A stretch of 64,000 nt of DNA from an uncultured Clostridia bacterium (GTDB lineage Bacteria; Bacillota; Clostridia; TANB77; CAG-508): NCBI GenBank assembly GCA_944388705.1, contig CALXJU010000003.1, forward strand, positions 3,501-67,500, read 5' to 3'. Under the pieces are notes generated by a model. That model was given only the letters and a program-made list of their open reading frames with translations. It searched no databases and was not told the DNA's origin. This document shows positions 26,790 through 35,225 of the stretch, piece after piece (position 1 is the stretch's first letter; every line of letters begins with the position of its first letter). Both the position numbers and the translations under genes were made by a program.

Positions 26790-27857
26790 ATGAAAAAAGT
26801 TTCAAAAATTATTCTATTAGTAATCTGTATCAGTATTGTATTAGCAGGAGGAGTATATGCAACAATAAAAATTGTAGAAAAATTTTCAGGAAAAACAGAT
26901 ATGACACCTACTTTTACAAGTAAAATATCAACAATAGACAGCAATAAAGTATGGGTAGGGACATTTAATTTAGTATGGAATGATTTAATGAATGATGTTA
27001 TTGGAGAAAAAATAGAATTTGAAGAAGGAAATCCTCCTATAGCTGATGAATTAAACAAACAATTATTTACAGAAGAACAACTTAATTCAAATTCTTATTT
27101 TAAAATACATGGAGGAGCAACATATGAATTAAAAAATGAAATTCAAAATGGTATAAAACAAAAATTTAATGAAGATAGTAAAATAATAGATAGAGTCGAA
27201 TGGGGAAATCCAGAGGGGTATGTTTTATATGCTATGCTAAAAAAAGAATTTAACTATTTAGAAAAATTCCCCACTTTAGAAAGTAAAACATTTGGTAATT
27301 CAGAAGAAAAAGTAAAATATTTTGGTTTAGAACCAAATACATCACAAGAAGCAAGTAAAAATGTAGAAATATTATTTTACAATTCAAAAGAAGATTTTGC
27401 AATAAAATTAAAAACAAAAGAAAAAGAAGAAGTTTATTTATATAGGTCAACAGGAGAAAATAAAAGTTTTGAAGAAAACTATCAAGAAATGAAAGAAAAA
27501 CAATTAAAATATACAGGTGAAAAAGACTGGAATGAAAATGATGTTTTAAATATACCATATATAAAAATAAGTGATGAAATAAATTATGATGAACTTTGTG
27601 GAAAAAGAATAAAAGGTACTAAATGGTATATTAGACAAGCATTACAAACAATAGATTTCGAATTAAATAATTATGGTGGAAGTGTAAAAAGTGAAGCATT
27701 AATAGAACTTCTTAAAATGGGAGTATCAAATATAAACAGAGAATTTATTTTTAATGATGATTTTATAGTTTATTTAAAAGAAGAAGATAAGGAGAAACCT
27801 TATTTTGCATTAAAAGTAGACAATACAGATATTTTAATACCTGGAGATGAACAATAA
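26790..27857 (+). CDS. Secreted/lipid-anchored serpin-like protein (tentative)
   Basis: Signal-like N-terminus. The C-terminal ...GGSVKSEALIELLKMGVSNINREFIFNDDFIVYLKE..KPYFALKVDN resembles the serpin hinge and F.adrPFlf.I end. Confidence 0.35.
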   Translation: MKKVSKIILLVICISIVLAGGVYATIKIVEKFSGKTDMTPTFTSKISTIDSNKVWVGTFNLVWNDLMNDVIGEKIEFEEGNPPIADELNKQLFTEEQLNSNSYFKIHGGATYELKNEIQNGIKQKFNEDSKIIDRVEWGNPEGYVLYAMLKKEFNYLEKFPTLESKTFGNSEEKVKYFGLEPNTSQEASKNVEILFYNSKEDFAIKLKTKEKEEVYLYRSTGENKSFEENYQEMKEKQLKYTGEKDWNENDVLNIPYIKISDEINYDELCGKRIKGTKWYIRQALQTIDFELNNYGGSVKSEALIELLKMGVSNINREFIFNDDFIVYLKEEDKEKPYFALKVDNTDILIPGDEQ

Positions 27858-27876
27858 AGTAATGTTATAAAAAATA

Positions 27877-27904
27877 AAAATGAGGATTTTATCCTCATTT
27901 TTTC
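27877..27904 (+). terminator. Rho-independent terminator
   Basis: AAAATGAGGAT-TTT-ATCCTCATTTT followed by a T-run. Confidence 0.8.
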
Positions 27905-27976
27905 TTGACAAATAAAAAAAATTGTCATAAAATAATATTTTGAAACTAATAGAAAAAAAGAAAGGAAGGAGAAAAA

Positions 27977-29722
27977 ATGATAAAAAAACTAGCAAGATAT
28001 GTTAAAGAATACAAAAAACAAGCAATACTTACACCTATATTTGTTATATTAGAAGTTGTAATGGAAGTAATAATACCACTTCTTATGGCAAGAATAATAG
28101 ATGTAGGAATACAAAACAGTGATATTCGTTACATTTTAGAAATGGGAATATTACTAATAATATCAGCAATAATGTCATTAATATTTGGGATGTTATCAGG
28201 AAGGTTTGCAGCAATAGCATCAGCAGGATATGCTAAAAACTTAAGAAAAGAAATGTTTCATAAAGTACAAGATTATGCATTTGAAAATATAGACAAATTT
28301 TCAACATCAAGTTTAGTAACAAGAATGACAACAGATGTAACAAATGTACAAATGGCATTTCAAATGATAATACGTATATTAGTAAGAGGACCAATAATGA
28401 TGATATTTGCACTTTTAATGGTATTATCAATTAGTGGAAAATTATCTTTAATCTTTTTAGTTGCAATTCCATTCTTAGGAATTATTTTATTTTTAATAGC
28501 AACAAAAGCACATCCAATTTTTGAAAAAGTATTCAAAAAATACGACAAATTAAATAGAGTAGTACAAGAAAATTTAAATGCAATAAGAGTAGTAAAAGCA
28601 TATGTTCGTGAAGAAACAGAAGAACAGAAATTTAAAGAAGTAAATGATGAAGTATACAAAAACTTTATAAAAGCCCAAAAAATAGTAGCCTTCAATAGTC
28701 CAGTAATGCAATTAACAATTTATACAAGTATTTTATTAATATCATGGTTTGGAGCAAAACTAATAGTTGGTGGAAGTATGCAAACAGGTCAATTATCTAG
28801 TATCATTACATATGCATGGCAAATATTATCAAGTTTAATGATGTTATCAATGGTATTTGTAATGATAATAATATCACAATCATCAGCAGAAAGAATAATG
28901 GAAGTAATAGAAGAAGAACCAGTTCTAAAAAATCCAGAAAATCCAATAAAAGAAGTAAAAGATGGTTCTATATCATTTAAAAATGTTAGTTTCTGCTATA
29001 GTGACGAAAAAGATAAAAATAAATTTGCATTAAAAAATATCAATTTAGAAATAAAAGAAGGAGAAACAATAGGAATTATAGGAGGAACAGGAAGTTCAAA
29101 ATCAACATTAGTACAATTAATTCCAAGACTTTATGATGCGACAAAAGGTGAAATTAAAGTTGGAGGAGTTAATGTAAAAGATTATGATATACATGCATTA
29201 AGAGACTCAGTAGCAATGGTATTGCAGAAAAATGTATTATTTTCTGGAACAATTGCAGAAAATTTACGTTGGGGAAAGAAAAATGCAGACCTAGAAGAAT
29301 TAGAAGATGTATGTAAATTAGCACAAGCAGATGGATTTATACAAGAATTCCCATCAAAATATGAAACAGTTTTGGACCAAGGTGGAACAAATGTATCTGG
29401 AGGCCAAAAACAAAGAATATGTATTGCAAGAGCAATTCTTAAAAAACCAAAAATATTAATTTTAGATGATTCTACAAGTGCTGTAGATACAAAAACAGAT
29501 AGTCTTATAAGAAAAGCATTTAGAGAAGAAATACCAAATACAACAAAAATAATAATAGCACAAAGAGTAACATCAATAGAAGATGCAGATAGAATTATAG
29601 TATTAAATGATGGAGAAATTGATGGAATAGGAACATCAGAAGAGTTACTAAAAACAAATGAAATTTATAGAGAAGTATATGAAACTCAAAAGAAAGGAGA
29701 TGGACAAGAAGATGGAGAATAA
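27977..29722 (+). CDS. ABC exporter, fused permease/ATPase (heterodimer subunit A)
   Basis: Six-TM N-terminal half, Walker A GGTGSSKST, signature VSGGQKQR, Walker B ILILDDS. Confidence 0.9.
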   Translation: MIKKLARYVKEYKKQAILTPIFVILEVVMEVIIPLLMARIIDVGIQNSDIRYILEMGILLIISAIMSLIFGMLSGRFAAIASAGYAKNLRKEMFHKVQDYAFENIDKFSTSSLVTRMTTDVTNVQMAFQMIIRILVRGPIMMIFALLMVLSISGKLSLIFLVAIPFLGIILFLIATKAHPIFEKVFKKYDKLNRVVQENLNAIRVVKAYVREETEEQKFKEVNDEVYKNFIKAQKIVAFNSPVMQLTIYTSILLISWFGAKLIVGGSMQTGQLSSIITYAWQILSSLMMLSMVFVMIIISQSSAERIMEVIEEEPVLKNPENPIKEVKDGSISFKNVSFCYSDEKDKNKFALKNINLEIKEGETIGIIGGTGSSKSTLVQLIPRLYDATKGEIKVGGVNVKDYDIHALRDSVAMVLQKNVLFSGTIAENLRWGKKNADLEELEDVCKLAQADGFIQEFPSKYETVLDQGGTNVSGGQKQRICIARAILKKPKILILDDSTSAVDTKTDSLIRKAFREEIPNTTKIIIAQRVTSIEDADRIIVLNDGEIDGIGTSEELLKTNEIYREVYETQKKGDGQEDGE

Positions 29723-31577
29723 AAAGAAAACCTCAAAATTAACAATAATAAAAAGACTTTTGGGATATGTATTTTCTACTTATAAATTACAATTAGCAGT
29801 TGTTTTAATTAGTATTATTATAAGTTCATTAGTAGGAGTAGCTGGTATTGAATTTATTAAATATCTAATAGATGATTTTATTACTCCACTTCTAGGAAGT
29901 CAAAATCCTGATTATACAGCATTATTAAATGTTATAATGACAATGGCATTAATATATTTAGTTGGAGTAATAGCTACATATATTTACAATAGATTAATGA
30001 TAAACATATCTCAGGGAATATTAAACAAAATACGTAAACAATTATTTGAACATATGCAAAAATTACCTATCAGATATTTTGATAGTAGACCACATGGAGA
30101 AATAATGAGTATTTATACAAATGATGTAGATAGTTTAAGAGAAATGCTTAGCCAAAGTATACCACAAGTATTTTCAGCACTTGTTTCTATGCTAACAGTT
30201 TTAATATCTATGTTTACCACAAATGTATATTTAACATTAGTAGTAATTGCAATGATGGTTATAATGATATTTGTATCTAAATATTTGGGTGGAAACAGTT
30301 CAAGATTTTTCGTAAAACAACAAGAAGACCTTGGAAAAATAGATGGATATATAGAAGAAATGATGGAAGGTCAAAAAGTTGTAAAAGTATTTAATTATGA
30401 AGAAGAATCTAAAAAGAAATTTGATGAATTAAATGAAAACTTATGTGATAGTAATGCAAAAGCAAATATGTATGCTAATATCTTAATGCCATGTATTATG
30501 AATATTGGTAATTTGGGATATGTTTTAGTAGCAGTAATAGGAGGAATGTTATCAGTTAATGGAATATTAACAATAGGAAGTATAGCTGCATTTTTACAAT
30601 TTGTAAAAGCATTTACTAATCCATTAGGTCAAGTTTCACAACAAATGAACTTTATGGTTATGGCATTAGCTGGAGCTGAAAGAATATTTGATTTAATAGA
30701 TGAAGAAGTAGAAATAGATGAAGGATATGTTACATTAGTAAATGCTAAAATTGAAAATGGAAAAATTACAGAATCAAAAGAAAGAACAGGAATATGGGCT
30801 TGGAAACATCCTCATCAAGATGGAAGAATTACATATACAAGATTGCGTGGTCAAGTTGAATTTGAAAATGTTCAATTTGGATATGAAGAAAATAAAAGAA
30901 TATTACATGATATCACTTTATCAGCAAAAGAAGGTCAAAAGGTTTCATTTGTTGGAGCAACAGGGGCTGGTAAGACTACAATTACAAATTTAATAAATCG
31001 TTTCTATGATATTCAAGAAGGAAAAATACGTTATGACAGAATTAATATTAGAAAAATTAAAAAAGATGACTTAAGAAGGTCACTTGGAATGGTTCTACAA
31101 GATACAAGTTTATTTACAGGAACTATAAAAGATAATATCAGATATGGAAAATTAGATGCAACAGATGAAGAAGTTTATGAAGCAGCAAAACTTTCAAATG
31201 CAGACAGATTTATTAAAAATTTACCACAAGGTTATGACACTATGATTACAGGAAATGGAGAAGGTCTATCACAAGGACAAAGACAGTTATTATCTATTGC
31301 AAGAGCAGCACTAAATAATCCACCAGTTTTAATATTAGATGAAGCTACATCAAGTATTGATACAAGAACAGAAAAAATAGTTCAAGAAGGAATGGATAAA
31401 TTAATGAAAGGAAGAACTGTTTTTGTTATAGCACATAGATTATCTACTATTAAAAATTCTGATTTAATTATGGTTTTAGACCATGGTAGAATTATTGAAA
31501 GAGGAAATCATAAAGAATTAATCGCTAAAAAAGGTACTTATTATGGTTTATATACAGGTGCTATTGAAATTGATTAA
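29712..31577 (+). CDS. ABC exporter, fused permease/ATPase (heterodimer subunit B)
   Basis: Walker A GATGAGKTT, signature LSQGQRQL, Walker B VLILDEATS. The ATG at 29712 overlaps the upstream stop. Confidence 0.9.
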   Translation: MENKKKTSKLTIIKRLLGYVFSTYKLQLAVVLISIIISSLVGVAGIEFIKYLIDDFITPLLGSQNPDYTALLNVIMTMALIYLVGVIATYIYNRLMINISQGILNKIRKQLFEHMQKLPIRYFDSRPHGEIMSIYTNDVDSLREMLSQSIPQVFSALVSMLTVLISMFTTNVYLTLVVIAMMVIMIFVSKYLGGNSSRFFVKQQEDLGKIDGYIEEMMEGQKVVKVFNYEEESKKKFDELNENLCDSNAKANMYANILMPCIMNIGNLGYVLVAVIGGMLSVNGILTIGSIAAFLQFVKAFTNPLGQVSQQMNFMVMALAGAERIFDLIDEEVEIDEGYVTLVNAKIENGKITESKERTGIWAWKHPHQDGRITYTRLRGQVEFENVQFGYEENKRILHDITLSAKEGQKVSFVGATGAGKTTITNLINRFYDIQEGKIRYDRINIRKIKKDDLRRSLGMVLQDTSLFTGTIKDNIRYGKLDATDEEVYEAAKLSNADRFIKNLPQGYDTMITGNGEGLSQGQRQLLSIARAALNNPPVLILDEATSSIDTRTEKIVQEGMDKLMKGRTVFVIAHRLSTIKNSDLIMVLDHGRIIERGNHKELIAKKGTYYGLYTGAIEID

Positions 31578-31586
31578 TATAAATAA

Positions 31587-31630
31587 AACAGAGCATTAAT
31601 TTGTAAAGAACTTAATGTTCTGTTTTTATT
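31587..31630 (+). terminator. Rho-independent terminator at the right end of the cotJC element
   Basis: AACAGAGCATTAA / TTAATGTTCTGTT stem (one G-T pair) followed by TTTATT. Confidence 0.7.
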
Positions 31631-31653
31631 GATAACATTTTGGAACAGAAGAA

Positions 31654-32070
31654 TTAGCTCACTTAGAAATGATTGGTGCAATAGTTCATCAATTAACAAA
31701 AGGTGCTTCAATTGAAGAAATAGAAGCAGCAGGATTAAGCGCATATTATACAGACCATGGTGTTGATGTATATCCACAATCAGCAGCAGGAGTACCATTT
31801 ACAGCAGCATATATTGCATGTAAAGGAGACCCAATAGCAAACTTACAAGAAGATTTGGCAGCAGAACAAAAGGCAAGAGCAACTTATGAAAAATTAATAG
31901 ATTTATGTAGAGACAATCCAGATGTATTAGACCCATTAAAATTCTTAAGAGAAAGAGAAGTAGTGCATTTTCAAAGATTTGGAGAAGCATTAAGAGGGGT
32001 ACAAGACAAATTAGCAGAAAAGAAATTCTACATGAATGATGGAACATGTATGAATATGAATAAAAAATAA
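31654..32070 (+). CDS. cotJC: cotJC 3' segment (138 codons)
   Basis: LAHLEMIGAIVHQL...AAGVPFTAAYIACKGDPIANLQEDLAAEQKARATYEKLI..FLREREVVHFQRF is collinear with the C-terminal two-thirds of CotJC/Mn-catalase. There is no RBS or start of its own at the homology boundary. Confidence 0.85.
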   Translation, partial: LAHLEMIGAIVHQLTKGASIEEIEAAGLSAYYTDHGVDVYPQSAAGVPFTAAYIACKGDPIANLQEDLAAEQKARATYEKLIDLCRDNPDVLDPLKFLREREVVHFQRFGEALRGVQDKLAEKKFYMNDGTCMNMNKK

Positions 32071-32071
32071 A

Positions 32072-32097
32072 AAATCAGCTCAATATAGGGCTGATTT
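32072..32097 (+). terminator. Hairpin after cotJC
   Basis: AAATCAGC-N10-GCTGATTT. There is no clear T-run. Confidence 0.4.
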
Positions 32098-32162
32098 AAA
32101 AATTCTTAAGTATTTGGAAAATATTATGATAGAATTATATTAAAATAATATAATTTGATTGA

Positions 32163-32209
32163 AAAATCCCCTTATTTGTGCTAAAATTTAATAGCAAATG
32201 AGGGATTTT
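32163..32209 (+). promoter_or_regulatory. 5'-UTR hairpin occluding the ABC-F ribosome-binding site
   Basis: AAAATCCC..ATTTG pairs with CAAAT..GGGATTTT. The 3' arm contains the GAGGGA Shine-Dalgarno, and the hairpin ends 2 nt before the ATG. Confidence 0.4.
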
Positions 32210-32210
32210 A

Positions 32211-34121
32211 ATGAATTATAAAATAACAAATGGCTCAATTACATTTGGAGCAGAAACAATAATAGAAGAAATAAATTTTGAAATAAAAGAAAAAGATAAA
32301 ATAGCAATAGTAGGCAGAAATGGAAGTGGAAAAACAACATTATTAAATTCATTAGTAGACAATTCAATGCTAGAAGAAGGAATTGGCGAAGAAAAATTCA
32401 ATATAATAAAACAAGGAAACATTGAAATTGGATATTTAAAGCAGATAAATTTTGAAAATTCAAATAACACAATGTTAGAAGAAATATTAAAAGTATATGA
32501 ACCAATAATAAAACTTGAAGAAAAAATTTCAAAACTAGCAGAAAAACTGCAAACAGATTCAAGTGAAGAAATTATAAAAGAATATACCAATTCTATGGAA
32601 AGATTTGAAATGCTTGATGGATATACATATAAAAAAGAATATGAAATAGCTATCAAAAAATTCGGTTTTTCAGAAGAAGACAAGCATAAAAAAATAAATG
32701 AATTCTCCGGAGGCCAAAGAACTAAAATAGCATTTTTAAAACTACTTTTAAGCAAGCCAGAACTTCTTTTATTAGATGAACCAACAAACCATTTAGACAT
32801 TTCTGCAATAGAGTGGTTAGAAACATATTTAAGAAGTTATCCAAAGGCAGTAGTAATAGTATCACATGATAGAATGTTTTTGGACAGAATAGTAAATAAA
32901 GTATATGAAATCGAATATGCGAGATTAATAGAATATTCTGGAAATTATGCAGAATTTGAAAAACAAAAAAAGGCGAACTATGAAAAACAATTAAAAGATT
33001 ATGAATATCAACAAGCAGAAATAAAAAGACTAAAATCAATTGCAGATAGATTTAGATATAAGCCAACAAAAGCAAAAATGGCATTATCAAAATTAAAGAA
33101 AATAGAGCAAATGACAATTATAGAAGAACCTAATAAATATGATTTAAAAACATTTCATGCAAACTTTAAAATTGAAACAGAAAGCGGAAAAACTGTATTA
33201 TCAGTAAAGAATTTAGAAATAGGTTATAATAAACCAATTCAAAAAATATCATTTGAATTATATAAAGGTCAAAAACTTGGTATAATAGGAGAAAACGGAA
33301 TAGGAAAATCTACATTATTAAAAACATTGAATGGAGATATTCCAAAACTAGGAGGAGAGCTTGAATATGGATATCATGTAAAAAGAGGATATTTTGACCA
33401 ACAGATGGAATTTTCAAACCCAGAGAATACTGTATTTGAAGAATTCTCTAGTGAATTTCCAGAGCTTACAACAACACAGGTAAGAACAATTTTAGGAACA
33501 TTTCTTTTTACAGGAGAAGATGTATTCAAAAAAATAAATGTACTTTCAGGTGGAGAAAAAGGTAGACTTCAATTATGTAAAATATTGAAAAAAACACCTA
33601 ATTTACTTTTATTAGATGAACCGACAAATCATATGGACATTGTAGGAAAAGAAAGCTTAGAAAATATACTTAAAGAATATGAAGGAACAATAATTTTTGT
33701 ATCACATGATAGATATTTTGTAAACAAAATAGCAGATTCATTATTAATATTTGAACCTAATCATGTTACATTTTTTAATGGAACTTATGAAGAATATCTT
33801 CAAAAAAGAGAAGAAAGTACTTTTGAAGAAATTAAAACAGAAAATAAAACAAAAGATAAAAAAGTTAATAACTCATACTTTATTAATAAAGAAATCAATA
33901 AAATGAAAAATAAAGTAAGTAAACTTGAAAATGAAATCGAACAAAAAGAAAATGAAATAAAAATGCTTGAACAAGAAATGTTAAAAGAAGAAAACAGTAC
34001 AGATTATTTAAAACTAAAAGAATTACAAGATAAAATACAAAATTTAAACAATGAAATTGAAACAAAGATGATTGAATGGGACGAATTAAATAAAAAAATA
34101 GAGGAAAGTAATAATGAATAA
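32211..34121 (+). CDS. ABC-F family ATPase (two NBDs, no TM, C-terminal coiled-coil)
   Basis: GRNGSGKTT / GENGIGKST Walker A motifs, FSGGQRTK / LSGGEKGR signatures, and an inter-domain linker. Confidence 0.9.
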   Translation: MNYKITNGSITFGAETIIEEINFEIKEKDKIAIVGRNGSGKTTLLNSLVDNSMLEEGIGEEKFNIIKQGNIEIGYLKQINFENSNNTMLEEILKVYEPIIKLEEKISKLAEKLQTDSSEEIIKEYTNSMERFEMLDGYTYKKEYEIAIKKFGFSEEDKHKKINEFSGGQRTKIAFLKLLLSKPELLLLDEPTNHLDISAIEWLETYLRSYPKAVVIVSHDRMFLDRIVNKVYEIEYARLIEYSGNYAEFEKQKKANYEKQLKDYEYQQAEIKRLKSIADRFRYKPTKAKMALSKLKKIEQMTIIEEPNKYDLKTFHANFKIETESGKTVLSVKNLEIGYNKPIQKISFELYKGQKLGIIGENGIGKSTLLKTLNGDIPKLGGELEYGYHVKRGYFDQQMEFSNPENTVFEEFSSEFPELTTTQVRTILGTFLFTGEDVFKKINVLSGGEKGRLQLCKILKKTPNLLLLDEPTNHMDIVGKESLENILKEYEGTIIFVSHDRYFVNKIADSLLIFEPNHVTFFNGTYEEYLQKREESTFEEIKTENKTKDKKVNNSYFINKEINKMKNKVSKLENEIEQKENEIKMLEQEMLKEENSTDYLKLKELQDKIQNLNNEIETKMIEWDELNKKIEESNNE

Positions 34122-34731
34122 ATATTTAGATTTTAGAAATGAAACAGATTATTCAAAATTAAAGGAGCCAGCTAATATAATAAAAAATGGTGGAATTGTG
34201 GTGTTCCCAACAGAAACAGTATATGGAATAGGAACAAATGGATTAAATGAAAATTCAATAAAAAGATTATATGAAGTGAAACAAAGGCCATTAAATAAAC
34301 CAATTAGTTTATTAGTAAGCAGTATAGAAATGATAGAACAGGTTACTCAGAATATTTCAGAGTTAGAGTATAAACTAATAAAAAAATTTATGCCAGGTCC
34401 ACTTACAATTATATTAAATAAAAAAGATATAATACCTAACATACTTACAGCAAATGGAGATACTGTTGGAATTCGTATGCCTGAAAATAAAGTAGCATTA
34501 AAATTAATAGAATATGCAGAAGTTCCAATTGCAACACCAAGTGCAAATATTTCTGGAAAACCAAGTGGAACAACTCTAGATATGATAAAGAAAGATTTTG
34601 GAGAAAAAGTAGATTATTTTATAGATGGAGGAAAAAGCAAAATAGGTGTTGCATCAACTATTGTACAGGTAATTGATGGAAAACCTCACATTTTGAGAGA
34701 AGGAGTAATTTTAAAAGAGGATTTGACTTGA
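34114..34731 (+). CDS. tsaC: L-threonylcarbamoyladenylate synthase (YrdC/TsaC family)
   Basis: VVFPTETVYGIGTN, KPISLLV, PGPLT, IRMP, SANISG. Confidence 0.85.
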   Translation: MNKYLDFRNETDYSKLKEPANIIKNGGIVVFPTETVYGIGTNGLNENSIKRLYEVKQRPLNKPISLLVSSIEMIEQVTQNISELEYKLIKKFMPGPLTIILNKKDIIPNILTANGDTVGIRMPENKVALKLIEYAEVPIATPSANISGKPSGTTLDMIKKDFGEKVDYFIDGGKSKIGVASTIVQVIDGKPHILREGVILKEDLT

Positions 34732-34756
34732 AAAATATGTAAAAATATGGTATAAT
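34728..34756 (+). promoter_or_regulatory. Strong sigma-A promoter with extended -10
   Basis: TTGAAA, 17 nt, (TG)G-TATAAT. It overlaps the tsaC stop. Confidence 0.55.
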
Positions 34757-34842
34757 TAAATTTAGTGTTATTGTTGTATCCAAAGAGTAACATAAGAAAA
34801 CTCGGAGGATATGCCTCCGAGTAATACAAGGAGGAAAACATT

Positions 34843-35175
34843 ATGAAGGTTATTTTAGTGGAAGGTTCTGTATCAATTGAATTTATTGACACTGGAAAGA
34901 AAGTACAGGTTGATAACAAAGTTATTTCAGAAAAGCTTTCAGAGGTTGGACCAAGCATGGGAACAATGCTGTTTCTAATGCGATTGCCATATATAAAGGA
35001 AATTGCATATAGCAAAAAGAAGAGAACAGTATCTTATGAGTTTTATGCTGGCGAGATATCATACAGGCTAGACAGACATAAAGGGTTTGAGTATGTTATT
35101 CCAGAGAACAGAGAATACATTCATGATGTGGATGAAAGCATAATAAAAGTCTTTGACTGGTGTGAATCTATATGA
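34843..35175 (+). CDS. Hypothetical 110-aa protein, compositionally atypical
   Basis: AAGGAGG RBS and a clean ORF. Hand counts give 18 and 24 G+C in two 60-nt samples (34843-34902 and 34903-34962). No recognisable motif. Confidence 0.5.
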   Translation: MKVILVEGSVSIEFIDTGKKVQVDNKVISEKLSEVGPSMGTMLFLMRLPYIKEIAYSKKKRTVSYEFYAGEISYRLDRHKGFEYVIPENREYIHDVDESIIKVFDWCESI

Positions 35176-35192
35176 ATTTGCAGACAGAATAT

Positions 35193-35225
35193 GCAAAAGG
35201 AGGCTACATTGTAGCCTCCTTTTGC
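35193..35225. terminator. Perfect 15-bp bidirectional terminator
   Basis: GCAAAAGGAGGCTAC-ATT-GTAGCCTCCTTTTGC. Confidence 0.85.

Larger units (their letters stand above)
20515..31653. mobile_element. 11,139-bp serine-recombinase intervening element inside cotJC
   Basis: GAAGAAT identity block at both junctions (20509-20515 and 31648-31654). The ends combine into a 46-bp near-palindromic attP. An intact recombinase sits at the left edge. The cargo is non-phage. Confidence 0.85.

Noticed and set aside
12614-31653. Treating the whole 19 kb between cotJB and the cotJC 3' part as one composite element
   Set aside because: Native cotJ sequence (cotJB tail plus 65 cotJC codons, 20296-20514) sits in the middle. 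Each flank has its own frame-restoring junction pair and its own recombinase with unrelated core sequences.
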